Virus record (IMG/VR): IMGVR_UViG_3300010224_000016
DNA: 50,543 nt
Source of the DNA: a virus
Direction: 5' to 3' (one strand)
Shown: positions 25,105-34,885 of the stretch, piece by piece
How positions within the stretch are numbered: position 1 is the stretch's first letter
Layout of the letters: each line of letters begins with the position of its first letter
Made by a program: the position numbers and the translations under genes
The notes under the pieces: generated by a model
The model's input: only the letters and a program-made list of their open reading frames with translations
Databases searched by the model: none
Told to the model about the DNA's origin: nothing

Positions 25105-25523
25105 TGAGTGCGGGCGCCGTCGTCTTCGATCCGGTCGCATTCAAGGCCCGGTATCCCCAGTTCGCAAACGTCGACGTGACGTTGCTGCAGGCGTTCTTCG
25201 ACGAAGCGGCGGCGCTCTACCTGAACAACAGCGCGCGCAGCATCGTGCGCGACCTGGGCGAACGCTCGATCCTGCTGAACCTGATCGTCGCTCACTTGGG
25301 CACGCTGTCGGGCGTCCTGACGCCTGCCGGGCAAGGCTCGACGGCGACCCAAGTCGGCCGCGTGTCCAGCGCGTCGGAAGGCAGCGTGTCCGCGTCGATG
25401 GATATGGGCCAGCAGTCGAAGAACGCCGCGTTCTGGATGCAGACGCAGTACGGCGTGATGTACTGGCAGGCGACCGCAGCATACCGCACGATGCGGTACG
25501 TTCTCCCACGTCGTAGGTGCTGA
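25104..25523 (+). CDS. DUF4054-like head-tail connector protein
   Basis: TAATG overlap. The N-terminus FDPVAFKARYPQFANVD fits the DUF4054 pattern. Confidence 0.7.
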   Translation: MSAGAVVFDPVAFKARYPQFANVDVTLLQAFFDEAAALYLNNSARSIVRDLGERSILLNLIVAHLGTLSGVLTPAGQGSTATQVGRVSSASEGSVSASMDMGQQSKNAAFWMQTQYGVMYWQATAAYRTMRYVLPRRRC

Positions 25524-25524
25524 C

Positions 25525-26067
25525 GTGGCGGTCGGCCTGAGCGGGGGCGACAAGCTGCGCGCCAAACTGGCCGAGATCGCGAAACAGATCGAAGGCAAGC
25601 ACGAACTGCGTGTCGGTTTCCTGGAGGGTGCAACCTACCCCGACGAAGCCGGCACGCCAGTCGCGACCGTCGCATGGTGGCTGAACTACGGCACCAAGAC
25701 CGCCCCGCCCCGCCCGTTCTTTACGAACATGGTCAAGACCAAGTCGGACGCCTGGGGCGACGAACTGGCGGTCATCCTTCAGCAAAATGATTTTGACGTC
25801 GACCGCTCGTTGCGGATCATGGGCGAGCGCATCAGCGGGCAGCTACGCGACGCCATCATCGAACTTGACGCCCCGGCGCTATCCCCCATCACCCTCATGT
25901 TGCGCAAGATGCGCCACGACGACCCGCATTTGATCGTCACGGGGGCTACGGTGGGCGAGGCGGCGCGCCGCGTGGCTGCCGGTAAAAGTACGTCCCCCGC
26001 GTCGACAAAGGTCGGCGTGTTCACCGGCCACATGCTCAACAGCATCGATTACGAGGTCAAACCATGA
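25525..26067 (+). CDS. Neck / head-tail joining protein (hypothetical)
   Basis: GTG start 1 nt after the upstream TGA. 180-codon ORF in the neck module. Confidence 0.6.
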   Translation: MAVGLSGGDKLRAKLAEIAKQIEGKHELRVGFLEGATYPDEAGTPVATVAWWLNYGTKTAPPRPFFTNMVKTKSDAWGDELAVILQQNDFDVDRSLRIMGERISGQLRDAIIELDAPALSPITLMLRKMRHDDPHLIVTGATVGEAARRVAAGKSTSPASTKVGVFTGHMLNSIDYEVKP

Positions 26068-26435
26068 ACTTACACAATCTCGTCCGGGGCGTAGTTGGCG
26101 CGGTCAACCCGGATATCCCCGTGACGATCAAGCCGAGCGCCGGCAGCACGGAAGACGACACGGGGCGCGTGATCCCGGCGTACGGCGCGGACATCGCCGC
26201 GTACGGCCAAAAGCAACCGCTGACGGGGCGCGATATCGAGCGCTTCCAGCAGCAAAATATCCAGGGGGTGACGTGTAAAATGCACCTGAACGGCAACTAT
26301 GAAGGGTTGTTCCGCGTTCTCGGAAAAGGTGGCGATCTGCTGCAGTTCGGCGGGCAAACGTACCTCGTCGCGAGCGTCATGGAGCGTTGGCCCGATTGGT
26401 GCTGCGTCGCCCTCACTATGCAACTTGATCAATAG
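26064..26435 (+). CDS. Neck module hypothetical protein
   Basis: ATGA overlap. 123 codons. Confidence 0.6.
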   Translation: MNLHNLVRGVVGAVNPDIPVTIKPSAGSTEDDTGRVIPAYGADIAAYGQKQPLTGRDIERFQQQNIQGVTCKMHLNGNYEGLFRVLGKGGDLLQFGGQTYLVASVMERWPDWCCVALTMQLDQ

Positions 26436-26443
26436 GACCAATC

Positions 26444-26842
26444 ATGGCAATCACCCAAGCATTCCCGAACGCATCCAAGCTGGAAGCCCTGCAGGCATTG
26501 TGCCCGTCCGGCAGTACGTACAAGCTTGCCCTGTACACGTCGGCCGCATCGTTGGACAAAACGGCGACGACCTACTCGACGACCAACGAAGTCAGCGGAA
26601 CCGGCTACACCGCAGGCGGCGCGACGTTGACCGGGTACAGCGCCGCAATGAGCGGCGACAGCGCACAACTGACGTTCGCGTCGCCGTCCTGGCCAAGTTC
26701 GACCATCACGGCGGCCGGCGCGGTCATCTATGACGCGGGCAGCGGCAAGATTCGCGGCGTGTTCAGCTTCGGCGGCAATATCACGTCGACGAATGGCACG
26801 TTCACCGCGACGATCCCGGCCAACGTCATTTCGATCACCTGA
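26444..26842 (+). CDS. Structural hypothetical protein
   Basis: 132-codon ORF. Confidence 0.6.
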   Translation: MAITQAFPNASKLEALQALCPSGSTYKLALYTSAASLDKTATTYSTTNEVSGTGYTAGGATLTGYSAAMSGDSAQLTFASPSWPSSTITAAGAVIYDAGSGKIRGVFSFGGNITSTNGTFTATIPANVISIT

Positions 26843-26844
26843 CC

Positions 26845-27300
26845 ATGACGCCCGCCGAACTGGCGGTTCTGGCCGCCGAACTCAGCAATGACCCGCTCGC
26901 CTTGGGGTACGCAACGCATTTGCCGGGCGATCCGCAACGCGTCGTCGCCCTACTGACGGAACCCGCGTACAGCATGGTCAAATCGCGCTACGTGACCGCG
27001 CGCACCATCATGGCCGAATGTCAGGACGGTGCGGCGATCCTGGACGCCTTGGAGACTCTTTCCGGACAGATCAGCGCCGTAAAATGGATGATGGTTTTCC
27101 TGCAGCAGAATTCCGGTATGGACGCAGGTCACCCGAAGACGCAAAAAAATATCGACGATTTGGCGGCGATCGGCAAGTTGGACGGTGGGTATGCCAACGA
27201 ATTGAAACAAATCGCGGTACAACCCGCAGCACGGTTCGAAGTTATCGGCATCCCTGAGCCCACCTCAAGAGATGTCGTCGACGCAATGGAGATTCAATAA
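26845..27300 (+). CDS. Structural hypothetical protein
   Basis: 151-codon ORF. Confidence 0.6.
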   Translation: MTPAELAVLAAELSNDPLALGYATHLPGDPQRVVALLTEPAYSMVKSRYVTARTIMAECQDGAAILDALETLSGQISAVKWMMVFLQQNSGMDAGHPKTQKNIDDLAAIGKLDGGYANELKQIAVQPAARFEVIGIPEPTSRDVVDAMEIQ

Positions 27301-27785
27301 TGGCAGGCAATGTCCCTTTTCTGGAAGGCGCAATCCAGACAATCACGAGTACTGGCGCGGCGGCGACGTCCGGTTCGGCGATACTGGCCGGCACGCTCAA
27401 CACGTCGAGCGGCGGCCCCTCGGCAACTGCCGGTAAGGTGTCGGCGTTGTTCAGCCTGTTGGCGCAGTGGGCTACCGTCACGGGTATCGCTGCGAACACG
27501 ACGATTGCCGACCTGTACCTCGTGCCCGCGATCGACGGTACGAATTTCCCCGACGTCGATACGACTGCCGGTGCAAGCGTCATCCCCTTCAGCTACCGCG
27601 TCGGGTCGTTCGTTGCGTCCAAAGTGCCGACCGCAAATACGAACATGCTGTTCGGCACGGCGAGCGCTGCGCCGGTAGAACTGTTCCCGGCCATCTACAA
27701 CGTCTACATCGTGAATCGCTCGGGGCAGCCCATGTCCGCGAACTGGACCCTTAAAGCTCAAGCTGCCGGCGTGCAGTACACGTAA
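27300..27785 (+). CDS. Structural hypothetical protein
   Basis: TAATG overlap. 161 codons. Confidence 0.6.
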   Translation: MAGNVPFLEGAIQTITSTGAAATSGSAILAGTLNTSSGGPSATAGKVSALFSLLAQWATVTGIAANTTIADLYLVPAIDGTNFPDVDTTAGASVIPFSYRVGSFVASKVPTANTNMLFGTASAAPVELFPAIYNVYIVNRSGQPMSANWTLKAQAAGVQYT

Positions 27786-29713
27786 TGACAGCGCCCGTCG
27801 CAAAGCGTGTGCGAACCACGCAGCCGCAACCTGGGGAAGCGACCCTAATTGATTGGGACAACCCGATCACCAAGGACATGACCGTGTGCCTCGTGCATGC
27901 GGATCAAGCGTACGGGTTTGCTGCATCCCAAGACGCCGGCAACTTCCAGACGGTATCGACGGCTGTCCCCTATACTGCGGGCGCTCAAGCAAATACAGTT
28001 CAAGGCACTGGCGGGCGCCCTACAGGTAGCGCAAGGATGTACGCGCTGCCCGCCAAGGGTGCCGTCAACTCCCCGAACTACAGTCTGTTCGCGTTTGCCA
28101 CGTGTACGTCGCTCGCGACGACGCAGAGCGCCATCGACATGGACAATAGCTCGCCGCGCTATTTTCAGTTCCGAGTCGATGCGGGCAAGGTCGACTTCAT
28201 CCCGTTCAATACCAGCGCGGGGAATACCGGGCGAGCCACATCCCCGGTTGCGATGACCGTTGCGGAGATGTCCCGAGGCTTCACGATTGGTGCGACGGCC
28301 AGTCCTACGCGCACGGCTGCTTTCCAGAACGGAGTGCTCACTGTCGGGGGTGCAGTATCCAATCTGATCACGCCCGGCACTGACCTGCCTATCAGCATCG
28401 GCGCGCGCGTTATCGGCTCGCAGGCTTGGAGTACTGGCGCGCTAATGTTGGTCGCCGTCTGGACTCGTACGCTGGCCGATGTCGAAATGCAGTCGCTTTC
28501 GGACAACCCGTGGCAACTATTCAAGCCGCAGCCCCGGCGCGTGCTTATGGTTGCCCCGACCGTGTCGGGTGACGGGGACACGGGTCTAACCGGCGTATCC
28601 GCAGCGTCCGGCGTCGACACCGTGACCGCAAGTGGCGGCGCGTCCGTCATCGTCTCGGGGGTACAGGCAACGTCAGGTGTCGCGAGCATCTCCGTAACGG
28701 GGGGCGCCGGCATAAGCGTCACGGGTGTATCTGCATCGTCGGCTATCAACGACGTCGTCGCGACGGGGGGCGGCACAGCGCCCATGACTGGCGTATCTGC
28801 AGCGGTCGGAGTCGACACCGTGGCCGCGAGTGGCGGTGCGAATGTGGCAATTACAGGTGTTTCCGCATCGTCGGCGGTGGCGACTATCGCCGCATCTGCG
28901 GGTGGAAGTGCAACGACTTCGATAACCGGCGTATCCGCAGCGTCCGGCGTCGCCACAGTGACCGCAGGCGGTGGCGCGTCCGTAACGTTGGGCGCTATCG
29001 TCAGCAACGGTAAAACAAACGACATGGTCGTCACGGGGGGTGCTTCTACGGATACATTCACGGTGAGCGCCGCCGCGTCAGTCGGTACGATCCTAGCGTC
29101 AGGTACGACAGGTGATGTCGTTGCTAATCTCCAGGGTGTTTCCGTATCGTCGACAGTGGGAACCATTGCTGCAACTGGCACGCGGACATCTATCGAAGTG
29201 GACGTCACCGAAGATATGATTTGCCGCGCAGTGCGGGCGTATATCAAGAGCATCTCCCCGACACTGCCCGCACTGCGAACGCCCGTGAACCGCGCGTCGA
29301 TGCCGAAAGGCGCCTACGTGTCGTTCACGCCTGGGTTGCGCCGACCGCTGTCGACGAACCGCGAGACCCGCGACGACAACTCGCGTACCGTCTCGCGACC
29401 CGAGCAAATGTCGTTTCAGATTGACTGCTACGGTCAAGGGTCGTCCGAACTGGCGGAAATGCTCAACGTCCTGTACCGCGACGCGTACGCCTGCGACCTG
29501 TTCGACAGTTTCGGCTTTTCAGGCGCACCGTTGTACGCCGGGGATATCCAGCAAGCCCCGTACGTGAACGGCGAAGATCAGTACGAAAACCGATACACGT
29601 TCGAAATCGAATTACAGATAAACTCCCGCGTAACCGTGCCGCTTCAATCCTGTAATATCCTGGGTATCGATCTGGTATCGGTTGATGCAACCTTCCCACC
29701 AACAGAGGAATAA
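27785..29713 (+). CDS. Fusion protein: LamG-like N-terminal domain, ~9 x 22-aa Gly/Ser/Val/Thr repeats, and a tail-terminator/neck-like C-terminal domain
   Basis: The N-terminal domain ends in ALMLVAVWTRTLADVEMQSLSDNPWQLF, which resembles a LamG-type terminus. The repeat unit is about (I/V)TGVSA(A/S)SGV(D/A)TVTASGGASV. The C-terminal ~150 aa lies directly upstream of the sheath gene, where a tail terminator is expected. Confidence 0.75.
   Translation: MTAPVAKRVRTTQPQPGEATLIDWDNPITKDMTVCLVHADQAYGFAASQDAGNFQTVSTAVPYTAGAQANTVQGTGGRPTGSARMYALPAKGAVNSPNYSLFAFATCTSLATTQSAIDMDNSSPRYFQFRVDAGKVDFIPFNTSAGNTGRATSPVAMTVAEMSRGFTIGATASPTRTAAFQNGVLTVGGAVSNLITPGTDLPISIGARVIGSQAWSTGALMLVAVWTRTLADVEMQSLSDNPWQLFKPQPRRVLMVAPTVSGDGDTGLTGVSAASGVDTVTASGGASVIVSGVQATSGVASISVTGGAGISVTGVSASSAINDVVATGGGTAPMTGVSAAVGVDTVAASGGANVAITGVSASSAVATIAASAGGSATTSITGVSAASGVATVTAGGGASVTLGAIVSNGKTNDMVVTGGASTDTFTVSAAASVGTILASGTTGDVVANLQGVSVSSTVGTIAATGTRTSIEVDVTEDMICRAVRAYIKSISPTLPALRTPVNRASMPKGAYVSFTPGLRRPLSTNRETRDDNSRTVSRPEQMSFQIDCYGQGSSELAEMLNVLYRDAYACDLFDSFGFSGAPLYAGDIQQAPYVNGEDQYENRYTFEIELQINSRVTVPLQSCNILGIDLVSVDATFPPTEE
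28583..29185 (+). repeat. Coding tandem repeat array, ~9 units of ~66 nt (22 aa)
   Basis: The units at 28588.. and 28925.. are near-identical at the DNA level for about 58 nt (ACCGGCGTATCCGCAGCGTCCGGCGTCG...). The other units are more diverged. Confidence 0.8.
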
Positions 29714-29716
29714 ACC

Positions 29717-31240
29717 ATGTCCATTCCGGCAAAAAAGCTTGTCAACGTTATCCCCGGCGTCATCGGGGCGGGTGGTGCGGCGCTGGCCCTTTCGGGCCTG
29801 ATCCTGACCACGAACACCGCCGTCCCGATCGGCGCGGTACAGCAGTTCTCCACCGCTGACGCAGTATCCGCGTTCTTCGGTTCGTCCAGCACCGAAGCGA
29901 CGCTCGCGGCCGTCTATTTCGCAGGCTTCGACAACTCGACCGCCAAACCGGCAAACCTGCTGTTCTGGCAGTATCCGACCGCGCCTGTCGCCGCGTACCT
30001 GCGTAGCGGTTCGCTCGCGTCGATGACTCTCACCCAACTGCAGGCGATCACTGCGGGCACGATGAGCGTGACCGTCGACGGCGCCGTCAAAACATCGTCG
30101 TCGATCAACCTCGCCACGGCTACCAGCTTCAGCGACGCGGCAACCAAGATCACGGCGGCGTTCACGGGTGGCCCGACCGTCACGTACGATGCGCAGCGTG
30201 CGGCGTTCGTCGCAACGTCCGGCACGACCGGCGCAACGTCGACGATCACGTTCGCAACCGGCGCGATCGCAACGGCGTTGAAACTGACGCAGGCAACGGG
30301 CGCTGTCACGTCGCAGGGCTCGGCCGCCAGCACGCCGGCCGCAGCAATGACGGCGATCGTCGGTAAGGCGCTGAACTGGGCGGGCTTCATGACCACGTTC
30401 GAACCCGTGATCGCCGACAAAATCGCCTTCGCGACCTGGACGTCCCAACAGGGCGACCGCTTCGCATACGCATGCTGGGATACCGACGTCAACGCAACCG
30501 TGCAGGGCGATACGACCTCGTTCGGCGCGCAGGTGAACGCCCTGGGCCTGTCGGGCTCGATCCCGCTCACCGCCGATACCAACGTCGCCGCAAGCCTGGG
30601 CGTCACGCTGCAGTCGATCGCGCAACCGCTCGCCGCGTTCATGCTCGGCTATCTGGCATCGATCGACTTCACGCGCACGAACGGCCGTGTCACCGCCGCG
30701 TATCGCAGTCAGGGCGCCATCGTACCGGGCGTGACCGATGCCACGGTCGGCGATACGCTGATCGCGAACGGCTACAACTTCTACGGCAATTACGCCACGT
30801 CGCAACAGTCGTTCACCTTCCTGCAGCCGGGCCAAATCTCGGGCCGCTTCGACTGGATCGACAGCTTTGCCAATGAAGTGTGGCTCAACGCCAATTTCCA
30901 ACAAACGCTCATGGCGTTCATGGCTGCGTCGGGTTCGATCCCGTACAATGCTGTCGGCTACTCGGCAATCGAAACGGTGTTGCAAGACCCGATCAACCAA
31001 GCGATCAACTTCGGCGCGATCCGTGCCGGCGTGACGCTGTCGGGCTCGCAGATCGTGTCGGTCAACGCGACTGCCGGCAAGAGCATCGATACGGTGCTGT
31101 CGACGCGCGGTTGGTATCTGAACATCAAAGACCCCGGCGCGGCGGTGCGCGCGGCCCGTGGCACGCCGCAAATGACGTTCTTTTACTGCGACGGCGGGTC
31201 GGTCCAACAAATGACGCTCGCGTCCCTGATGGTTCAATAA
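29717..31240 (+). CDS. Tail sheath protein (DUF3383-like)
   Basis: 507 aa. The N-terminus is MSIPAKKLVNVIPGV, and it lies directly upstream of the tube gene. Confidence 0.8.
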   Translation: MSIPAKKLVNVIPGVIGAGGAALALSGLILTTNTAVPIGAVQQFSTADAVSAFFGSSSTEATLAAVYFAGFDNSTAKPANLLFWQYPTAPVAAYLRSGSLASMTLTQLQAITAGTMSVTVDGAVKTSSSINLATATSFSDAATKITAAFTGGPTVTYDAQRAAFVATSGTTGATSTITFATGAIATALKLTQATGAVTSQGSAASTPAAAMTAIVGKALNWAGFMTTFEPVIADKIAFATWTSQQGDRFAYACWDTDVNATVQGDTTSFGAQVNALGLSGSIPLTADTNVAASLGVTLQSIAQPLAAFMLGYLASIDFTRTNGRVTAAYRSQGAIVPGVTDATVGDTLIANGYNFYGNYATSQQSFTFLQPGQISGRFDWIDSFANEVWLNANFQQTLMAFMAASGSIPYNAVGYSAIETVLQDPINQAINFGAIRAGVTLSGSQIVSVNATAGKSIDTVLSTRGWYLNIKDPGAAVRAARGTPQMTFFYCDGGSVQQMTLASLMVQ

Positions 31241-31252
31241 GGAGGAATACAC

Positions 31253-31684
31253 ATGGCAACCCTGACCACTGCAAACAGCGCCGTATCGGTCGTCGTGCGC
31301 GGCCTGTTCCCGGTCCCGCAACATCTGCAGGGCTACGCTACCGACGACAGCTTCGCAACCGAAGACGTCAACCCGATGGAGGTCCAAATGGGCGTCGACG
31401 GTCAACTGTCGGGCGGTTTCGTTCCGTACGCGACCCCGATCACGTTCACGCTGCAGGCCGACAGCCCGAGCATCGCCATGTTCGACACCGTGTTGGAGGC
31501 GCAGAAGTCGAACAAGGAAGGTTTCATCTTCGACGCGACGATCCTGATCCAGGGCACCGGCGACAAGTACGCCTGCACGAAGGGCTTCCTCACGACCGCG
31601 ACGCCGATGTCGACTGCGAAGAAGACGCTGCAGCCGCGTAAATTCACGCTGACGTTCCAGGACGTTACGAAAGCTCCGGTGTAA
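31253..31684 (+). CDS. Tail tube protein (DUF3277-like)
   Basis: 143 aa, immediately after the sheath gene. Confidence 0.75.
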   Translation: MATLTTANSAVSVVVRGLFPVPQHLQGYATDDSFATEDVNPMEVQMGVDGQLSGGFVPYATPITFTLQADSPSIAMFDTVLEAQKSNKEGFIFDATILIQGTGDKYACTKGFLTTATPMSTAKKTLQPRKFTLTFQDVTKAPV

Positions 31685-31686
31685 CC

Positions 31687-32115
31687 ATGGCGCGCAAAGA
31701 GATTATCTGGACGGCAACGGTCGGTCGCGACAGCGGCAAGAAGTTCCAAATCACGGAGATGTCCGCGCGCGCCGGCCACGCCTGGGCAACCCGGCTGTTG
31801 CTGGCCCTCATGGGCTCGGGCGTGGAGATCGACGAGGACATCGCCGAACGCGGTCTCGCAGGGCTGGCAACGGTCGCCCTGACGGCTGTCGGCAAGGTTC
31901 CATCGGCGGTCGCCCTGCCGTTGCTCGACGAACTGCTCGGGTGCGTGATGTCCGTGCAGGAAAAGGGCGTGCGCAAATGGATCGACGATGACTTCGAAGA
32001 GGTCGCGACGATCTTCCAGTTGCAAAAGGCTGTCTTCGATCTGCATGTCGAGCCTTTTACTTCAGGCGGCCTGTTGACTTCGGCGTCCACGAAGGAACCA
32101 GCAACCGCCGACTGA
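31687..32115 (+). CDS. Tail assembly chaperone (short form)
   Basis: 142 aa. It sits in the canonical slot between the tube and tape measure genes. Confidence 0.7.
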   Translation: MARKEIIWTATVGRDSGKKFQITEMSARAGHAWATRLLLALMGSGVEIDEDIAERGLAGLATVALTAVGKVPSAVALPLLDELLGCVMSVQEKGVRKWIDDDFEEVATIFQLQKAVFDLHVEPFTSGGLLTSASTKEPATAD

Positions 32116-32288
32116 TCAACTACGAAAATGTGCCGGCGACAATCGGCACGGTCGTCTCAAGAGGTCTTGCGACTCTACACGAATTGGACACCGTGTACGG
32201 GACGCAAGACCTTTACGACATGTTGGAAATCATCGCCGTTGACGCGCATAACGAGCGTGTGTCGCGGCAGGCACAAGGCGCAAAATGA
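32115..32288 (+). CDS. Putative -1 frameshift extension of the tail assembly chaperone
   Basis: The -1 frame is open from 31992 to the TGA at 32286..32288, which forms an ATGA overlap with the tape measure ATG. There is no good independent start. It encodes ...ATLHELDTVYGTQDLYDMLEIIAVDAHNERV. Confidence 0.4.
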   Translation: MNYENVPATIGTVVSRGLATLHELDTVYGTQDLYDMLEIIAVDAHNERVSRQAQGAK

Positions 32289-34246
32289 GCACAACAGTTA
32301 TCGACGCATTCGTGACGACGCTCGGCCTGGACGGAACGCTGTTCCGAAAGGGCATGAAGGACGCGGAGAACGCACAAGACAAGCTCGACAAGAACACGAA
32401 GCGCATCAACCGTGATCGCGAGAAGTCCGAGCAGGAAGCCGCAAAGGCGCGCGAGAAGCGCCAAAAGCAAATCGACGAGCAGGGCAAACGTAGCGTCGAG
32501 GGTTACAAGAAGGTCCGCAACGAACTCCTTGCGATCGGCGCTATTTTTACGGCCGGCGTCGGCATTAAAGACTTCCTGACGAACACGATCAACACCGCAG
32601 CGAACCTGGGCTACCTGTCGCAAAACCTGCGCATGTCGACCGAGGACTTGACGTCGTGGCAGCGCGCCAGTGAGCGTGCAGGCGGCAGCGCGGAAGGCAT
32701 CATCGGCCAGTTGAATGAGTCGGCCGAGACGCTCGCGGCGTTCAAGTCAGGCATGGGTCCGAACGAAGGTTTGCAATCGTTCTTCCGGTGGGGCGGCAAA
32801 CCCGAAGACCTGAAGGACGGCAATACGTACCTGCTCGCGCGCTCGCGCATCATCTCGGAAATGTTCAAGCGCGACCCGGCGCAAGCATCCGTGATCGCGA
32901 AACAGATGGGCGTCGCAGAAGATCAATTCAACTTCCTGAAGCAAGGTCCGGATGCGGTGATGGACCTCGTGCGCGCGCAGGAAAAGAACGCTGCCATCAC
33001 CGCGAAGGACGCCGCCGAAGCGCTCAAACTCAAGAATCGATTGCTTGACCTGCGCGACAGCTTGACGTCCACGGGGGCGCGCATCGCCGTACAGTTGATC
33101 CCGCTTATCGACATGATGGTCGAGAGGCTGACCAAATTGTCGCAATGGGCCATCGACCACAAGGGCGACATTGCGCGATGGGTCGACAACATGACCGTGT
33201 GGATCAAGGATTTCGTCAAGACGGCCGACAGCGCAGCGGAAGCGGTCGGGGGCTGGAAGAACGTCTTGATCGGGCTAGCTGCGTTCAAGGCGTTGTCGAT
33301 GGCCGCCAGCTTCGTGACGCTCGCCGGGTCGCTCGTGCAACTTGCTGGCGGACTGTCCGCCGTTGCTGCAGGTGGGGGCGCGTTGAGCGTGCTCGCAGGG
33401 CTTGCCGCTGCCGGCCTGGGCGGCGCGCTGGGTTACGGCGTCGGTACGGTCATCAGTAAAAACCTAAGCGACGAGACCAACAACAGCATCGGGCGCGGCA
33501 TCGCGAAGGTTCTCGCGAAACTGGGCGTAAAGAGCGCACAAGAAGCGCTCGACAACGAAGCGGCCGCCAGCGTGGCGCAACGATCAGCGTCGGGAAAGAT
33601 CAAACCCGTGCCGAAGAAGGCATCCGACCCGAAGCCCGTCGTCGATAAGTTGGTGGGCATGGGATGGACGTCCGAGCAGGCCGCAGGGATCGCCGCAAGC
33701 TTCATGCAAGAAAGCAACCTCGACCCAACCGCGCGCAACTCCACATCGGGTGCTTACGGCATCGGGCAATGGCTCGGCTCGCGCGTGGCCGACTTTAAAG
33801 AGTTCACCGGGCGCGACCTCGTCGGATCGTCGTTAGAGGACCAACTGCGGTTCTTCCAGCACGAGGTTACCAACGGCAAGGAGAAGCGCGCGGGGAACAT
33901 GCTACGGGCCGCCAAAACGGCCGAGGACGCCGCGCGCATCCATTCCGAGGCATACGAGCGTCCAGGCGCGGAAGAAGCCAACATCGACCGTCGTAAGCGC
34001 CTTGCCGCGCAACTGGCGGCGAGCGGTCGCGCAGCCAACGCCGCGACGGTGGGGTCGATCCCGGCAGGTGCGGCCGCCAGCGTGCCGAACAACGTGACAT
34101 CGACCAGCACGTCGAAAAGCGAAGTCACCATCGGCAACATCAACATCCAGACGCAAGCCACGGATGCGCAGGGCGTCGCAACCGCGATCCGGCCCGCCGT
34201 GGAGAAATACACGTTCGCGTCGCAGGCAAACACGGGGGTCCGGTAA
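32285..34246 (+). CDS. Tape measure protein with a C-terminal lysozyme-like domain
   Basis: 653 aa. The N-terminus is charged and looks like coiled coil. It has Gly/Ala-rich hydrophobic segments. The stretch GMGWTSEQAAGIAASFMQESNLDPTARNSTSGAYGIGQW resembles a phage tail lysozyme domain. Confidence 0.85.
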   Translation: MSTTVIDAFVTTLGLDGTLFRKGMKDAENAQDKLDKNTKRINRDREKSEQEAAKAREKRQKQIDEQGKRSVEGYKKVRNELLAIGAIFTAGVGIKDFLTNTINTAANLGYLSQNLRMSTEDLTSWQRASERAGGSAEGIIGQLNESAETLAAFKSGMGPNEGLQSFFRWGGKPEDLKDGNTYLLARSRIISEMFKRDPAQASVIAKQMGVAEDQFNFLKQGPDAVMDLVRAQEKNAAITAKDAAEALKLKNRLLDLRDSLTSTGARIAVQLIPLIDMMVERLTKLSQWAIDHKGDIARWVDNMTVWIKDFVKTADSAAEAVGGWKNVLIGLAAFKALSMAASFVTLAGSLVQLAGGLSAVAAGGGALSVLAGLAAAGLGGALGYGVGTVISKNLSDETNNSIGRGIAKVLAKLGVKSAQEALDNEAAASVAQRSASGKIKPVPKKASDPKPVVDKLVGMGWTSEQAAGIAASFMQESNLDPTARNSTSGAYGIGQWLGSRVADFKEFTGRDLVGSSLEDQLRFFQHEVTNGKEKRAGNMLRAAKTAEDAARIHSEAYERPGAEEANIDRRKRLAAQLAASGRAANAATVGSIPAGAAASVPNNVTSTSTSKSEVTIGNINIQTQATDAQGVATAIRPAVEKYTFASQANTGVR

Positions 34247-34885
34247 ATGGCAATCGACATCATCCCAAAATCACTTTATCCCGTTGTGCCGCAGGCGCTC
34301 GGCGTGCCGGCGTTGCTGCGCGGCGGGGCGCAAATCCTGGACACGATCACGCTCGGCCAATTCGGCATCAGTGACGCCTTGTCCAGCGTGATCGGCGTGG
34401 ACGTGACGAAATGGGGCGTGTTCGACTCGGGCGGGAACTCGATCGGCGATTACGACTCCATGTTCGCGGTGAACTACCGCAACGAGTCGCGTATCTCGGA
34501 TTACCCCGTTGAGGGCGGGTCGTTCGCGGCATACAACAAGGTCGACAATCCGTTCGACGTGATGGTGACGCTCAATTGCGGCGGCGACGAGGCACGGCGC
34601 GCGAACTTCCTCGCGGCAGTAGAAGCGGCGCGGGGGTCGCTCGACCTGTACACCGTGATCACGCCCGAATACACGTTCAAGAACGTTAATTTCGTCGGCG
34701 TCGATTATTCGCGCAGCGTGCGTGACGGTGCGTACATGTTGAGCGTCCAGATGTACGGGCGCGAGGTTCGCGAAATTTCCGCATCGTATTCGTCACCGAA
34801 AGATTCGGAGGTTTCCGACATGCTGAACCAAGGCATGATCCAGACCGTCGACGATCCGAGCATCGATACGTCGGGGGTTGCATGA
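34247..34885 (+). CDS. Baseplate/tail-tip module protein (hypothetical)
   Basis: 212-codon ORF directly after the tape measure gene. Confidence 0.65.
   Translation: MAIDIIPKSLYPVVPQALGVPALLRGGAQILDTITLGQFGISDALSSVIGVDVTKWGVFDSGGNSIGDYDSMFAVNYRNESRISDYPVEGGSFAAYNKVDNPFDVMVTLNCGGDEARRANFLAAVEAARGSLDLYTVITPEYTFKNVNFVGVDYSRSVRDGAYMLSVQMYGREVREISASYSSPKDSEVSDMLNQGMIQTVDDPSIDTSGVA

Noticed and set aside
32128-32415. A 95-aa ORF that starts at ATG 32128 between the chaperone and tape measure genes.
   Set aside because: It is in the wrong frame. It runs into the tape measure gene and encodes basic, low-complexity sequence. The frame carrying the conserved-looking LHELDTVYGTQDLYDMLEII segment is the -1 frame of the chaperone.
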